A stretch of 64,000 nucleotides of DNA. Origin: Mayamaea pseudoterrestris. Its lineage: Eukaryota. Below, piece after piece: positions 13,741-24,800 of this stretch. The notes beneath the pieces are model-generated. The model did no database searches and was not told the DNA's origin. It was given only the letters and a program-made list of their open reading frames with translations. Location of the stretch: positions 248,001 to 312,000 of the forward strand of contig BROI01000014.1 of assembly GCA_027923505.1 (NCBI GenBank), read 5' to 3'. Every line of letters starts with the position of its first letter. The stretch's first letter is position 1. The translations under genes were made by a program, and so were the position numbers.

Positions 13741-14706
13741 TTACTTGCGCTCACTTGTTAAGAGCGGCTCCGCCATGCTACCTGTTGATCCTCGCTTCTG
13801 CACTCGCGACATTAAAAGTCTAGCCAATACTGTTGCCACAATGACTGACGCTCCAATCTTTGCCGTCCACTGAACTGCGTCGATTTGACGATTGCTATAC
13901 TCGGCCGCAATGGACGCCTTGGGCGACTGGAGCTCCATGTAAATACCAGCCAAAGCCCAAACAATGGACATTGGTACCATCCAGTCAAAGTCCGTCCATG
14001 CCATGTTCAACGCCTGGAAGAGGAGTGCAAAAAGCGTCGCCATACTCGTGTAAAAGAGCGTCGTGCTGGAGAAGTTGTACGACAAGAGGGCAACGTTGAA
14101 GTTCAGTCCCGTCGCCGCCAAAATCCATCCAAGGTGCACCGTCAACGGGAACTTGTAGAGCCAGTAGTTGATGTTGTGGTTGCCGTCGGTACTGTTCATC
14201 TGGCGAACGCCCTGGACTGCGCGAAAGAGGCTCGACGTGATGAACAGCATGGCGAGGAACGCAAGCGTCATTTGCTCCGTCGCAAACAAAAAACTCCAGA
14301 GTGCTTGCCCGATGCAGGCGTGCGAGTAGTTGTATCCGACAGCCTGCAAAGTGCGGTCGTGCGGCGTATCGCGTTGAGTTGTGTCCGTCTCTTGGAACGT
14401 CGCTCCCGTTTTGGTGAGCTTTTCGTCATCTTGTTTGGTGCGTCTCACAATCAGTAGTGTCCAGAGCAACTGCACCGTGTAAATGATTCCCCAAATACCA
14501 AAGGCCGGGTCGGCCGGGGTAACAAGTGTTTGGTATTTGTGGGAGATGCTTGCATTATCACGTCCCGTGTAACCGAGCAAGGCAGGAACAATGCCAGATC
14601 CAAATCCGTAGACAACAACCGAGTTCAACACATAAGCCGCAAGGTTGAAGTGCGCTAGTGTGAAGGAGGAAGACTTACCGCTTCCGACGTTAGTAGAAGT
14701 TGCCAT
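13741..14706 (-). CDS. Multi-pass membrane protein, paralog of 10369-11394
   Basis: 321-aa ORF with SHKYQTLVTPADPAFGIW and FPLTVHLGWILAATGLN. Confidence 0.65.
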   Translation of the reverse strand: MATSTNVGSGKSSSFTLAHFNLAAYVLNSVVVYGFGSGIVPALLGYTGRDNASISHKYQTLVTPADPAFGIWGIIYTVQLLWTLLIVRRTKQDDEKLTKTGATFQETDTTQRDTPHDRTLQAVGYNYSHACIGQALWSFLFATEQMTLAFLAMLFITSSLFRAVQGVRQMNSTDGNHNINYWLYKFPLTVHLGWILAATGLNFNVALLSYNFSSTTLFYTSMATLFALLFQALNMAWTDFDWMVPMSIVWALAGIYMELQSPKASIAAEYSNRQIDAVQWTAKIGASVIVATVLARLLMSRVQKRGSTGSMAEPLLTSERK

Positions 14707-15107
14707 GGTTGATGTGATTTATGTGATGTTGCTTTGCCACATTTGATGCATGGATAGATTCGAATCGTCCTCGGTTGAGTTGCTGTTCGCATATCATGGT
14801 GCTTCGAAGAAAGCGAATCGAGCAAGCCGTGACACCACTTCGTACTGAGTACCGGAATGACGCAGACTATCGACAAGATCATTGTTGTTTACAGTTGTTT
14901 AAAGATAAGGATAGTAGAACCTGCTTTAATTATTCATTGCAATGTTGAGCATAAAGACGATTAAACGAAAAATTAGCTGAGTGACTGCAGATTGACACTT
15001 TAGGCGCTGCCGTAGAGCTGACAGATACCGAACTTTGGGCAAAGCATCCCAGAAGCATCAATGCCGTTAGACTACAACATTGTTAAGTATCTCCCACACT
15101 TTTTCAG

Positions 15108-16850
15108 TTAAACAAGATAAGCGACGCCGGCAACGAGTAGTGCAGCCATGAGTCTCAAGCCCAAGAAAATGCTGCAACATCCGCTACATGGTTCCGCGCC
15201 AGGATGGTAATTTTGGTTTCCGACATCCCAATAGCCACCCACATCAGCACAAGTGATACCCATACAGTCGTATGTGTTTTCAAACGAGACTTTGACCGAC
15301 GAAAAATCTGGAGATGCACTTTGTATCTCCTTATAAATGGTTTCGGCATCCGAGCTTGAGCAACTAGACACCACCGGTAGGACACTAGCCGCCAGAGCAA
15401 TTGCCTCCACTTCTGCCGCTGCATCGGCGTTTGTTGCGTTTAGTAACCATGTCAGTCAGATTGTAGATTGTATGAGTGGCACAAAGACGAGCTGAGCGAA
15501 CTGAATCTTGTTGGCCCGCGCACTGGCACAATTGCCGTCGCTTAAAGCATTCTTCATCATGTTGAACTGAGACATGACATCCGTATTAACCTTTGCTTGA
15601 CCCGTGACTGAGGTCAAAAAGTCGAGTCCGCGGCGCTCGGCCAAACTATACATGGCAGTACCCTCGCCAAGCGTCCCGGATGCCCCTTCGAGCGAACCAG
15701 TGTACAATGCCACGGCTTGATCCAAGAAACCAATGGCATCCTCTCTGCAATCATCCTGATTGCATTTCAAGCACTCATACAGAGCCGACTCGACCTGCGC
15801 AAGCACCTCCATGAGTGTCGCCATGTACGCCGTCCCCGCCTTGACTGCTTCCGCGCGGCCCACGTAGTCGTAGACTGTGAAATCAATGTTGCCATTCTCA
15901 AGGCTGGTCGGCCGTCCCAAATAGGCAGCCTGCACAATATCGTCGGCGTAGCTGGGCGAGCCGTAGTATTGGACAAACTTGTCGTAGTCTGGATAGTAGG
16001 TATCGCTGCCTGGATGCTTCATTCTCGATTCAGCATCCGTCGAAAAAAGTTGTATGGAACGGCCATTGAATGTGTCAGTCGTTGCCGTGTAGCCAGTGTA
16101 CTGGACACTTGTTCCTTCAATGTTGAACGAAGCGTCAGATGCAAGGCCTGGCAGTGCGGGGGAGAAAGAGGAAGTGATATGTACTTGATTCGGAACGATT
16201 CACTTTACAAGCAACAAAGACGATCGTCATATGTACTTACATCCATCCGTCACTGGACTCGAAGCTGCCAGTCCTCCAACATTGCATCCTTCACTTAAAT
16301 ACTGCATCTGAATCGTTGTATCAGACGTTTGAGTGCCCTTGATGGTGACGCCAGAGACTGCATTTCCACTCTCGGATTGACCTACTACGTTAGCGCCAGC
16401 CGAAATGCTTGTTCCAATCGCTTGCGTCAATTCAATGGTAGCAATGGACTTGGAAAAGGCTCCGAGTTCATAAACGCTCTTGGCATTCTCAAAGGCATCC
16501 TGAGTCGCCAAGTCGACTTGTCGATTGATAAACTGCTGGTCAAGGTCAATGCGCGCCTGACGACAACGAGACAGTGGAGAGATGCAATATGCAATGTGAG
16601 TGAGAAGGGAAGGTCAAGATGCACGCGCGGTTAGCCTGTAGAATAAGCGGTCGCTACAGCTACCTTCTATAGCCCGATGAGAGAGTCTCTCAGACCTTTT
16701 TAAACTGCTTATACGTACAAAGTCGGTCACGTCCACTGTCGTTTGGAAACCAGCCATGACTGTGGACTCGGTCGTCAAGCGCCGTCGCTCATTCGTCGCA
16801 AAACACTTTGCTAGCCAAATCAGCGCCACGAGGATTCGCAAATTCAACAT
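15108..16850 (-). CDS. ISIP2a/FEA1-like (low-iron-inducible periplasmic) secreted protein, 3 exons, in-frame TGA at 15456-15458
   Basis: Signal peptide; segments IDLDQ, YGSPSYAD, DQAVALYTGSLEG, VPLIQST and FENTYDCMGITCADVGG; C-terminal hydrophobic tail. Family call is from remembered motif similarity. Confidence 0.65.
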
Positions 16851-17153
16851 GCTAACAGTCTTCTTTGTGACGCATTACTATATCAATGCGCAGCAGCAAG
16901 GATTGCGAGTGTCCTTCACCTCTCCGACGGACCCGCGAAGCGATTTTCATTATTTGTCGAGCAGACCGTGAATCTGTCACACCGGTGTTCAACCAATCGT
17001 GAAACGTCAGATGTTTCATGAAAAGTGCAACGCGCGCGACCGCGGGTCGTGTGTGCAGGCGCCTCACAATTTTCGTTCTCGCTGCATCATGGATCAAAGG
17101 TTTGACAATTCTTGTCGTAGTCTATCCTGGCCATCAGCGATCTGCATCTTGCA

Positions 17154-18032
17154 ATGAACGCCGATAGACAAAGCTTAATAAAACTCGCTGATGACGCGTC
17201 TGATGCAACGTCGACGGAAGTTGCCTCGGCCGACGGGCAGTCGTCAGCCGACAGCACCGTCGAAGCGACAATTGATAGAGAGGCTGTCCGCGAGCTAGCA
17301 ATAGCTATCCTTCCGGAGCTGGCAAAACACCAGTGGAACGACTGCTACTTTGATAACAGCAGCGAACATGAAATTATTGCAGTCTTTGATCATGTTAATA
17401 GCAAATATAAATCGATGGATTTTTACATCACCACATCATTTTTGATGGCCATGCAAGGTCTCGGTTATACGGCGGTTGCCGCTATTGTTCCCTTGCTTGG
17501 CGGATTATTATATTTTCTGTTTCTGTTGTTTGTCATTGCTTGGTTGGGTATTGGACTTGAGATGATTGTTATGTTGCTAAGGATGCAAGATGTACACACA
17601 GCTGTCACTGTCGACGGGGTAGTGCACAAGGCGGATCATGGCAGTAAGTTCCATTAAATTTCGCCATTTTCGTTTTGACCGTCAACTCACTCTAACGTTT
17701 CTCCCTTAGATGTAAGCTTCACGATCCCTTTGAAAGCGATATTGGACATTGACGAATCCACATTGAAGCTGGCTGATGACTTTCGCTCATACAAGACCTC
17801 TGGAATGTGCCAAGCCAATATAGCGGCCGAAAGGCATGCCGAATACCCAATCACGGGTCTCAAAGATCCAGCACTGTTTCGAAAGATTGTACTGGCCATG
17901 CGCGATGCTGCATCCCTGGATGATGGCTACGAGCCTCCTGCTCTGCCAGCTACGTCTTTGACATGCCAAGACGAGAATGATTACATTAAAAACAAGGAGG
18001 AGAGTCAGGAAGATGCCGATATAATTGTGTAG
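17154..18032 (+). CDS. Hypothetical 2-TM protein, local family member 1; intron 17644-17709
   Basis: The two ORFs join in frame via a GT-AG intron. Motifs PELAKHQWNDCYF..IIAVFDH and HTAVTVDGV. Confidence 0.65.
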
Positions 18033-18365
18033 CGATTTCTCATGTTGTAATACTGTTTAGTGTAGTTACTTCTATTGTATTGGCATGTGCCTCTGCCAAG
18101 TGCTTTTTTAGCTTACATCATGTTGTGGAGTACGTATCCTAGGTAGTATCCTACCGAGTGCCACGGTTCATAGTGAAAACGGGATTCTCATGAATACTCG
18201 ATGAAATGCACGCGAGCGTGACTCGTGCAAGGATGCATGGGGGCGACGTTCCAGCAGCTTCCTCTACTATTACAACGTCGACGCTCGACGTCAAGTCCAA
18301 GCAAAGGAATATATCGCAAGCTGATAAAACTGTAAAGGTTGCAAGTCGGTAATATACGAAGAGAG

Positions 18366-19343
18366 ATGCAGACTTTATCGACCGGAAATGGCTTCTTGAC
18401 AAACCCGAACGCAACGTCGGCTGCGAGGGACATGGCGAACTTGCTAATGCCAGAGCTTGGGGATTACGAGTGGACGGACACTTTCTTTGACCATGTCGAT
18501 CGCGATATTATTGCGGTCTTTGATCACAAAACTAGTCAAATGGCGGCGCATCGAATGGCTTGGGTAATGTTCTTCGTTTTTCTTGCATTGGTTGTGTGCG
18601 CTCTACGCAGTTTGGATGAGGAAATTACTACGAACGGGTACGGCTTTAACTCCATCCGCCCAGCTGAACGACCATCCAAGTTCAAATTTGTAAAATCAAA
18701 GCGGTTCAAAGTCAATGCTTTTATATTTGGCACGCTGTTCAGCTTGGCTTGGGTATGGCATATTGCCCCGCCTCACACGGCAGTCACCAGCACTGGTGTC
18801 TTGCACGTCACCAGTGGTTCTCTTCTCGGGGGCGCCGGTACGTACATGAGAGCGATGTAGTGACCTTAATATGACGCTTCAATGTCCTGATGTGCCTCTC
18901 CGTCAATACCTGTAAATTTAGGTCAACAACTATTCTTCCCTTTCCACGGCATTTTTGACCTGAAGCTCGAAGAGAGCGTTTACTACGCGAAAACATTAAT
19001 TACACATGCCAATCAGCACTTGTTTTACGAAGAGATTCCTCCTCGTCGACCCTTTTTGCTGCAACAGAATCGTGGCGCTGTCAGTGTCATTCCGTACCTC
19101 AACAACCATGAGCTGTTCCAGCGTGCGGTCCTTGCACTCAAGAATTCAGACGGAGCATCGAGCATTGCCACTGCGCAGCGTGATGAGACGAACTTCACAT
19201 CGTTTGTGATTGAAATGATGGCCAACTCCGTAGTCGCCAATGAGAGCGAATGGGCAATGCAAGTGCTCGGGGACATTCGCGATGAGCTCAAGCGCCGGAA
19301 CGATCTCCTGGAGTCGCTCCTCCAGTTCGGTAAAGATGACTAG
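18366..19343 (+). CDS. Hypothetical 2-TM protein, local family member 2; intron about 18838-18921
   Basis: Motifs PELGDYEWTDTFF..IIAVFDH and HTAVTSTGV. Splicing joins it in frame to the 19020-19343 ORF. Start codon uncertain. Confidence 0.6.
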
Positions 19344-19833
19344 AACTGCACTGCGTTTACTGTTGCTTGTAATTAATCAGTTCGTTTACCAAGTGTACTG
19401 GTCTTGCTGACAGGAGAAGTGGGTTTAACGCTTTGATGAAACTGCCATAAATTAGAAACAGCTAAAAATAATCCTTACAGGCTATTGGCTGTTTCATTGC
19501 AAGACCATGGTTAAGCACTTGACACATAGTGTGGCAGCGAATGGTAAATAATGGTCGTTGTCTCGTGGAGAGGACAGATACATAGCTAATGTGCGTGAGG
19601 TAGCGTTGCCGCCAATAACATACACACGACTGGATGCTCGTGAAAACACACACACGCACGATCGATCTTTCAGCATCAGCATCGAGCGCAGCAAGCCAGT
19701 CGAGCCCGACTTTCGTTGCTTATAATATAATATTCATGCAGCCGACTGATCGCTCCAACAAGGCATTCACAGGAGGACCATACATACCCTTCATCATCAT
19801 GCAGCGGTCATACGCCAGCACTGGAGCGGCGCG

Positions 19834-20103
19834 TGCTGAGAATCGGTGATTAAACAGGTGATCCTCAGTACTATGGCCTACATCCCAGGGCATTGGTAAA
19901 GATGCGGGATCGACTGGCTGCGTTGCAATGAACAGGACAGTTAGCTATAGAGACTCGGAGACACTCTTGGAGAGGTCAAGATTCCAAGAGTTACGGCGGT
20001 CGCTTAGGATAGAATAAGCTCACTCTTTTATAGCGGATCTTTTGCAAGCGAATAGGAGAGGTTTATATCGTAAATTACAAGTACATTTGGAGCAATCTCA
20101 GCA
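19834..20103 (+). repeat. 5' LTR of copia element
   Basis: 270 bp with TG..CA ends and an 8-bp terminal inverted repeat. Near-identical to 25219-25488 and 32469-32738 (one substitution seen near the start). Confidence 0.95.
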
Positions 20104-20138
20104 TACCTTAAGGTAGCCTCGGAGATACCCGAGTCAGC

Positions 20139-21161
20139 ATGGCTGAACCAGCCCAAGGAATCGTTCCTGCAAGGACTGACGAGGAGCGATGGAAAGATGA
20201 GCGCTGGAACAAGAAGCCTGCGGCGATCCCCAAGTTGGATAAAGACAAGAAGTTTTGGACTTGGAAGATGGAGATCGAGGCGTGGCAAGTTGCGCATGAC
20301 TTGGACAAGGTAATGGATCCAAGCGGATGGGCGGACCTGCCGACGCGAGAAGAACAGCCAAATCAATCGTACGCCAACAGGCGAGCCGTCAAGATGAACA
20401 AGGTAGCCATGGCGCAGTTAATCATGGCGCATGGCGACGGAGACAAGGGAGCGGAGTTCCTCTTGATCATTACGGAATCAAGGACGGAAGCGTGGCCGAC
20501 GGGCAAGGCAAGTGACGTCATGAAGAAGCTGATCGAACAATATCAGCCGACCGATCAAGTTGCCCAATTAAAGTTGATGGATGACCTTAGCAGTCTCTCG
20601 ATGCGAGACAGCCAAAATCCAACCAAGTTGTTCCTAAAGGTAGCAGAGCTGGAGAGCCGTCAAAGGCCAAAAGCTCGAGGAGCGTCAAGTCGTTCCTCAT
20701 ATCATCAAGGCCTTACCGGAGCGGTACAGCGGACGAGTGTCGGCCATGTTTGAAAAGCACAAGGAACTAACCAAAGCAATGATACGCGAAGGCGTAGAGG
20801 CAGAATATCGCCTCCAAGTGGCGAAAGGCGCCATCAAGGAAGACGACGATGAAGATGAAGATGAACAAGCTCTCTTTACTCAATCGTCGATCGGAAACCC
20901 CAAGGGCTGCTGGCTTTGCGGCAGCACAGAACACAAGAAGAAGGACTGCCCAAAGTATAAAGGGAACGGCGGCGGCGGCGGAGGCAACAGAAGCAGGTCG
21001 AAGAAAAGATTCCAAGGAACGTGCGACGAATGCGGAAAGCAAGGGCACAAGAAAGAAGACTGCTTTCATCTTGAGAAGAACGCCTCCAAGCGCCCCGCTT
21101 GGTTCAAGAAGATCTTGGAGAAGAAGAATGAGTCGGCAAATGTCACTTGTGACGACGAATT
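20139..21161 (+). CDS. Copia Gag (frameshifted near 20660-20750; interrupted by the TRIM at 21162)
   Basis: FWTWKMEIEAW gag N-terminus; zinc knuckles CWLCGSTEHKKKDC and CDECGKQGHKKEDC. Confidence 0.85.
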
Positions 21162-21837
21162 TAGCAGGTTGCACACGAAAAACAGCAACCAGAGCGATAC
21201 CTTTACTTGTCATAGTGCATGGTGCCTTGTATGCAGCATATAGTACACTAGCAGACGGAAAAGTAGCAGCGTGTTTAGAGGTGATATAGCCGGTTATCCT
21301 TGGTTCGATTCCGAGGTGCGCTACTTTTAACGGCATAGTGATACTACTTTCTGTTGCATACCTGCTATGGTAGCGTCCCTATCGAGAGATCTGGACTGAG
21401 GCTGCTGGTTCGAGTTGCGATCGAATCAAGCGAAGAAAAAGCAAAAATTCACTGGTTGCACGGGTTTGTCACGAACGAACGATGGGGAGTCGCGGACCCT
21501 GGGGAGTGCACAAAGATGCGCCGAGCCCGAAACGCCGCAGGAAAAACTGAAAAGTGACATTCCCCCGCGAGACGAAAATGCCAGCTGAAACGGAAGACGA
21601 GTTAGCACTATGACGCGCAAAGCTAGGGGAGTAGCAGGTTGCACACGAAAAACAGCAACCAGAGCGATACCTTTACTTGTCATAGTGCATGGTGCCTTGT
21701 ATGCAGCATATAGTACACTAGCAGACGGAAAAGTAGCAGCGTGTTTAGAGGTGATATAGCCGGTTATCCTTGGTTCGATTCCGAGGTGCGCTACTTTTAA
21801 CGGCATAGTGATACTACTTTCTGTTGCATACCTGCTA
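21162..21837 (+). mobile_element. 676-bp non-autonomous LTR element (TRIM-like) with a tRNA-like cassette in its LTRs, nested in copia gag-pol
   Basis: Direct repeats at 21162-21367 and 21632-21837 (206 bp, TAGCAGGT..ACCTGCTA). TSD AATT at 21158-21161 and 21838-21841. PBS-like TGGTAGCG at 21368; purine tract AGGGGAG abuts LTR2; 264-bp non-coding interior. Confidence 0.92.
21259..21328 (+). ncRNA. tRNA-like Pol III cassette inside the TRIM LTR (also at 21729-21798, 28472-28541 and 28942-29011)
   Basis: B box GGTTCGATTCC (21302-21312) in a T-arm CTTGG-TTCGATT-CCGAG. Flanked by a perfect 9-bp inverted repeat AAAAGTAGC/GCTACTTTT ending in T4. Too short for a full cloverleaf. Confidence 0.65.
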
Positions 21838-24800
21838 AATTCTTCATCATGGCAACCAAGGGCGTCGCGGAGGTCGACGACGAGTTGTGGTTTGCCGAAA
21901 CGGTGCACGAGCGCCATAACGAAGTCAAAAGAAGCAATGTATGAGACAAGGGCAGCAACAAGCGTCGATAAGATCAAAGTCGGGAACAGTGAATAGCGAC
22001 ATCCCGAGCTTGTTGGAAAGTTGCGAGGCACAATCGTGGATAAGGACGGCAAGAAGGTTGGAAACTTGTCGTTGGATCGAGTCAGTTACTCGGAGTCAGC
22101 CGCGGGCAACCTCATTCCAGTCGGAAAGATGATAAAGGAAGGTTGGACGCTGAAGCAGTCAATAGATGGACTAGAGTTAAGCAAAGGAAAGCGCAAGTTA
22201 GTCTTCGATGTGACGGCAAGTCGGCAGCGGAGTCTTCCACGCTATGCGAAGTCAAGAGGACGCCGACGACGGCAGAACAAGCAACAGTCGCGACAACGCA
22301 AACAGAGTCGTTTCTTACCAACAAGTGCATGAAGAGTTTGGCCACATGGGCAAAGCAGCGACTCGGCGACAGCGAAGCACTTAGGATGGACGCTAACTGG
22401 AAAGATGAATCCATCGTCTCTTCTTGCGTAGCGTAGGCGCGCCAGAAGGATATCGCTCGGAGACCAGCCGAGAAGGCAAAGACACTAGGACGGCGCATCT
22501 ACTTGGACTTGACACGCCACGAGATAAAAGAAGGCAAGAATCTGCCAGGCCAAGTTGAGCGGTCGATGCATCGTGGACGAGGCGACAGGATTCAAAGTTG
22601 TCGACTTCTTCGCAACCAAGAACGCAATGGTGGAACCAACCTGAACCTGCTTAGAGAATGGAAGCACAAAGGAAGGAGGTTGAGTTTTCTAGGATGGATA
22701 ACGCTGGCGAGAACAAGAGTCTTGAGGCAGCCAAGGCAGAGGGACTCGTCAAGCGCATTGAATGGACAGCGGCAAACACGCCGCAAACAGAACCTCAAGG
22801 CAAAACCTGCTGGCACACTCAAGGGCGTTCAAGAGCTATAGCATACAGAGCAAACGTACCAGAGAAGCAGAGGCAGAAGTTCTTTGGCCAAGGCTAGTAA
22901 AGCATGCTAGCAAGTTGGATGGACTCACCATGGTCGAGTTGAATGGGGAAATGAAAACACGCTATGAGCACTTCGAAAAGATTCCACGCTTTGTGAAGTA
23001 CATGAGGCGTTGGGGCGAGGCGTGCGTGCTGACGAAAGGTGTCAAGAAACCGGGAATGGAATTTGACAAAGGCGCGATCGGCATGTTGGTAGGCTTTCGG
23101 ATGACCATGAGGGGAGGACGTCTATCAAGTTTGGAATCCCAAGACGAATAGAGTTGCAGAGGTTAGAGATGTAACGTTCTAAACAAGTGATTTCCAAGAA
23201 ACGATCAAGGAGATAGCCGACTTAAAAAGGAGAAGGAAGGCATCGATTGGGATCTTGACACCCAGAGAGGTGCGACTCACACGCCGCCAGCGGCGTGAGG
23301 AAGAGGAGAGTGTCAATGGTGGCCGTGACAACGTGGCATCAGCAAACGAGCGAGCTGTCACAAAGATTGACCATGGGAAGGAAGAACAATAACTCGATCC
23401 GGCGTTGTAGTACCAGGCAACGATTGATCGGGCAAGAAGTGGCGCTGGCGTATCAGCTGGCGACCCAAGAATGCGTGTGGCGATGCTGGACTGTGAGCTT
23501 ACGCTCAACGGGCAATCATCGAGGAGATGGAGGAAGGCGAGTGCTACGCCCGGCGCCGCGCGGTCGCTCGTTGGCGCAGGGGATTGGCGATGGCCACATT
23601 GGGCGCATACATCAGAGCTACAATAAGGCAACGAAGTTCAACGAGGCAATGGCGAAGGGACCAGTCGCTGAATGGCAGAAGGCGGTTGACGACGAGCGAT
23701 GATCGATGCTCAAGTACAAATGCTTCAAAGAAATCCCACGCTCGCAGCTTCCTGAAGGAAGAAGCTGATCGACCACGACATGGGCAATGAAGCAAAAAGG
23801 CATACGGAACAAAGCGAGCAAGAATGGCTGGTCAGGGTCCAGCAGATCGAAGGAGTCCATTGCGATCCCAAGTCGGTGTCGGCGCCTGTCGTGAATCTAT
23901 CGACGACGCGCATCATGTTGGTATTGATGTTGATGGCACGCTGGGACGACGCACATTGTCGACGTGCGAGGGAGCATTCTTGCAAGGCAAGTTCAACGAT
24001 GAAAAGATTTACATTAAGATACTACAAGGATTCGAAAAGCATTATAAAGCAGACAGCGTGTTGCAGCTGTTGGCGCCAGTGTACGGATTGATACAAGCGG
24101 CGTACTGTTTTCTATTTGGTGTTGGTCAGGCGTTCGACAACAAGGATACGGAAGGAGCAAGGCCGATCCATGCCTCTATTATCAATGGGGGGTTTACAAG
24201 GATTACATCTTTGGTCGAGTCATACGGATGACTGCTTCGTCGGAAAGGATATCATCACAGAAGAACAAATTCATGAGCGAACTCGACTTGCGAGGACATT
24301 GGCGAGTTGAAAGAGCACATCGGCTGCAAGATCGATATCAACAAGGAAGAAGGATGGTTGTAAGATAACTCAACTGATGGCAATTCAAAGACTCAAAGAC
24401 GGTTCAATATACCCGACGAGGCTCGATGAGGAGAGGCTTCCGGCGTCACCGGGAAGCAAGTTAAAGAGCGACGAAAACAATCGTTGGAGCGCAGGAGCAT
24501 CACAAGTTTCTCCAGCGGCGTTGGCATTGTTCAATGGATTAAAAGAGGCTCGAAAGACCGAGATAAGCAACGCTGTTAGAGACGTTGCGAAGGCGTCTAC
24601 CAAGGACAGGGCGCGTGAGCGAACCATCGAATCATGCGCTACCTACGCGAGGACTCCGGAGCGTGGACTCGTCCTCCAAGCCATCGAGGCAATGGGATGG
24701 CACACCAAGCTTTAAGTTCAGATTGAAAGTGATTACGGACTCATCATACGCGTCGGATCCAGACACAAGAAGGAGTCCAGGAGGCTACAGCACGTTTCTA

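Noticed and set aside
21259..21328. Bona fide tRNA gene
   Set aside because: There is no complete D plus anticodon arm and the acceptor stem is imperfect; reported as tRNA-like only.
20767..22052. Minus-strand ORFs (MPLKVAHLGIEPRITG…) across the TRIM LTRs
   Set aside because: They run across element boundaries, have no recognisable domain, and recur only because the LTR is repeated.
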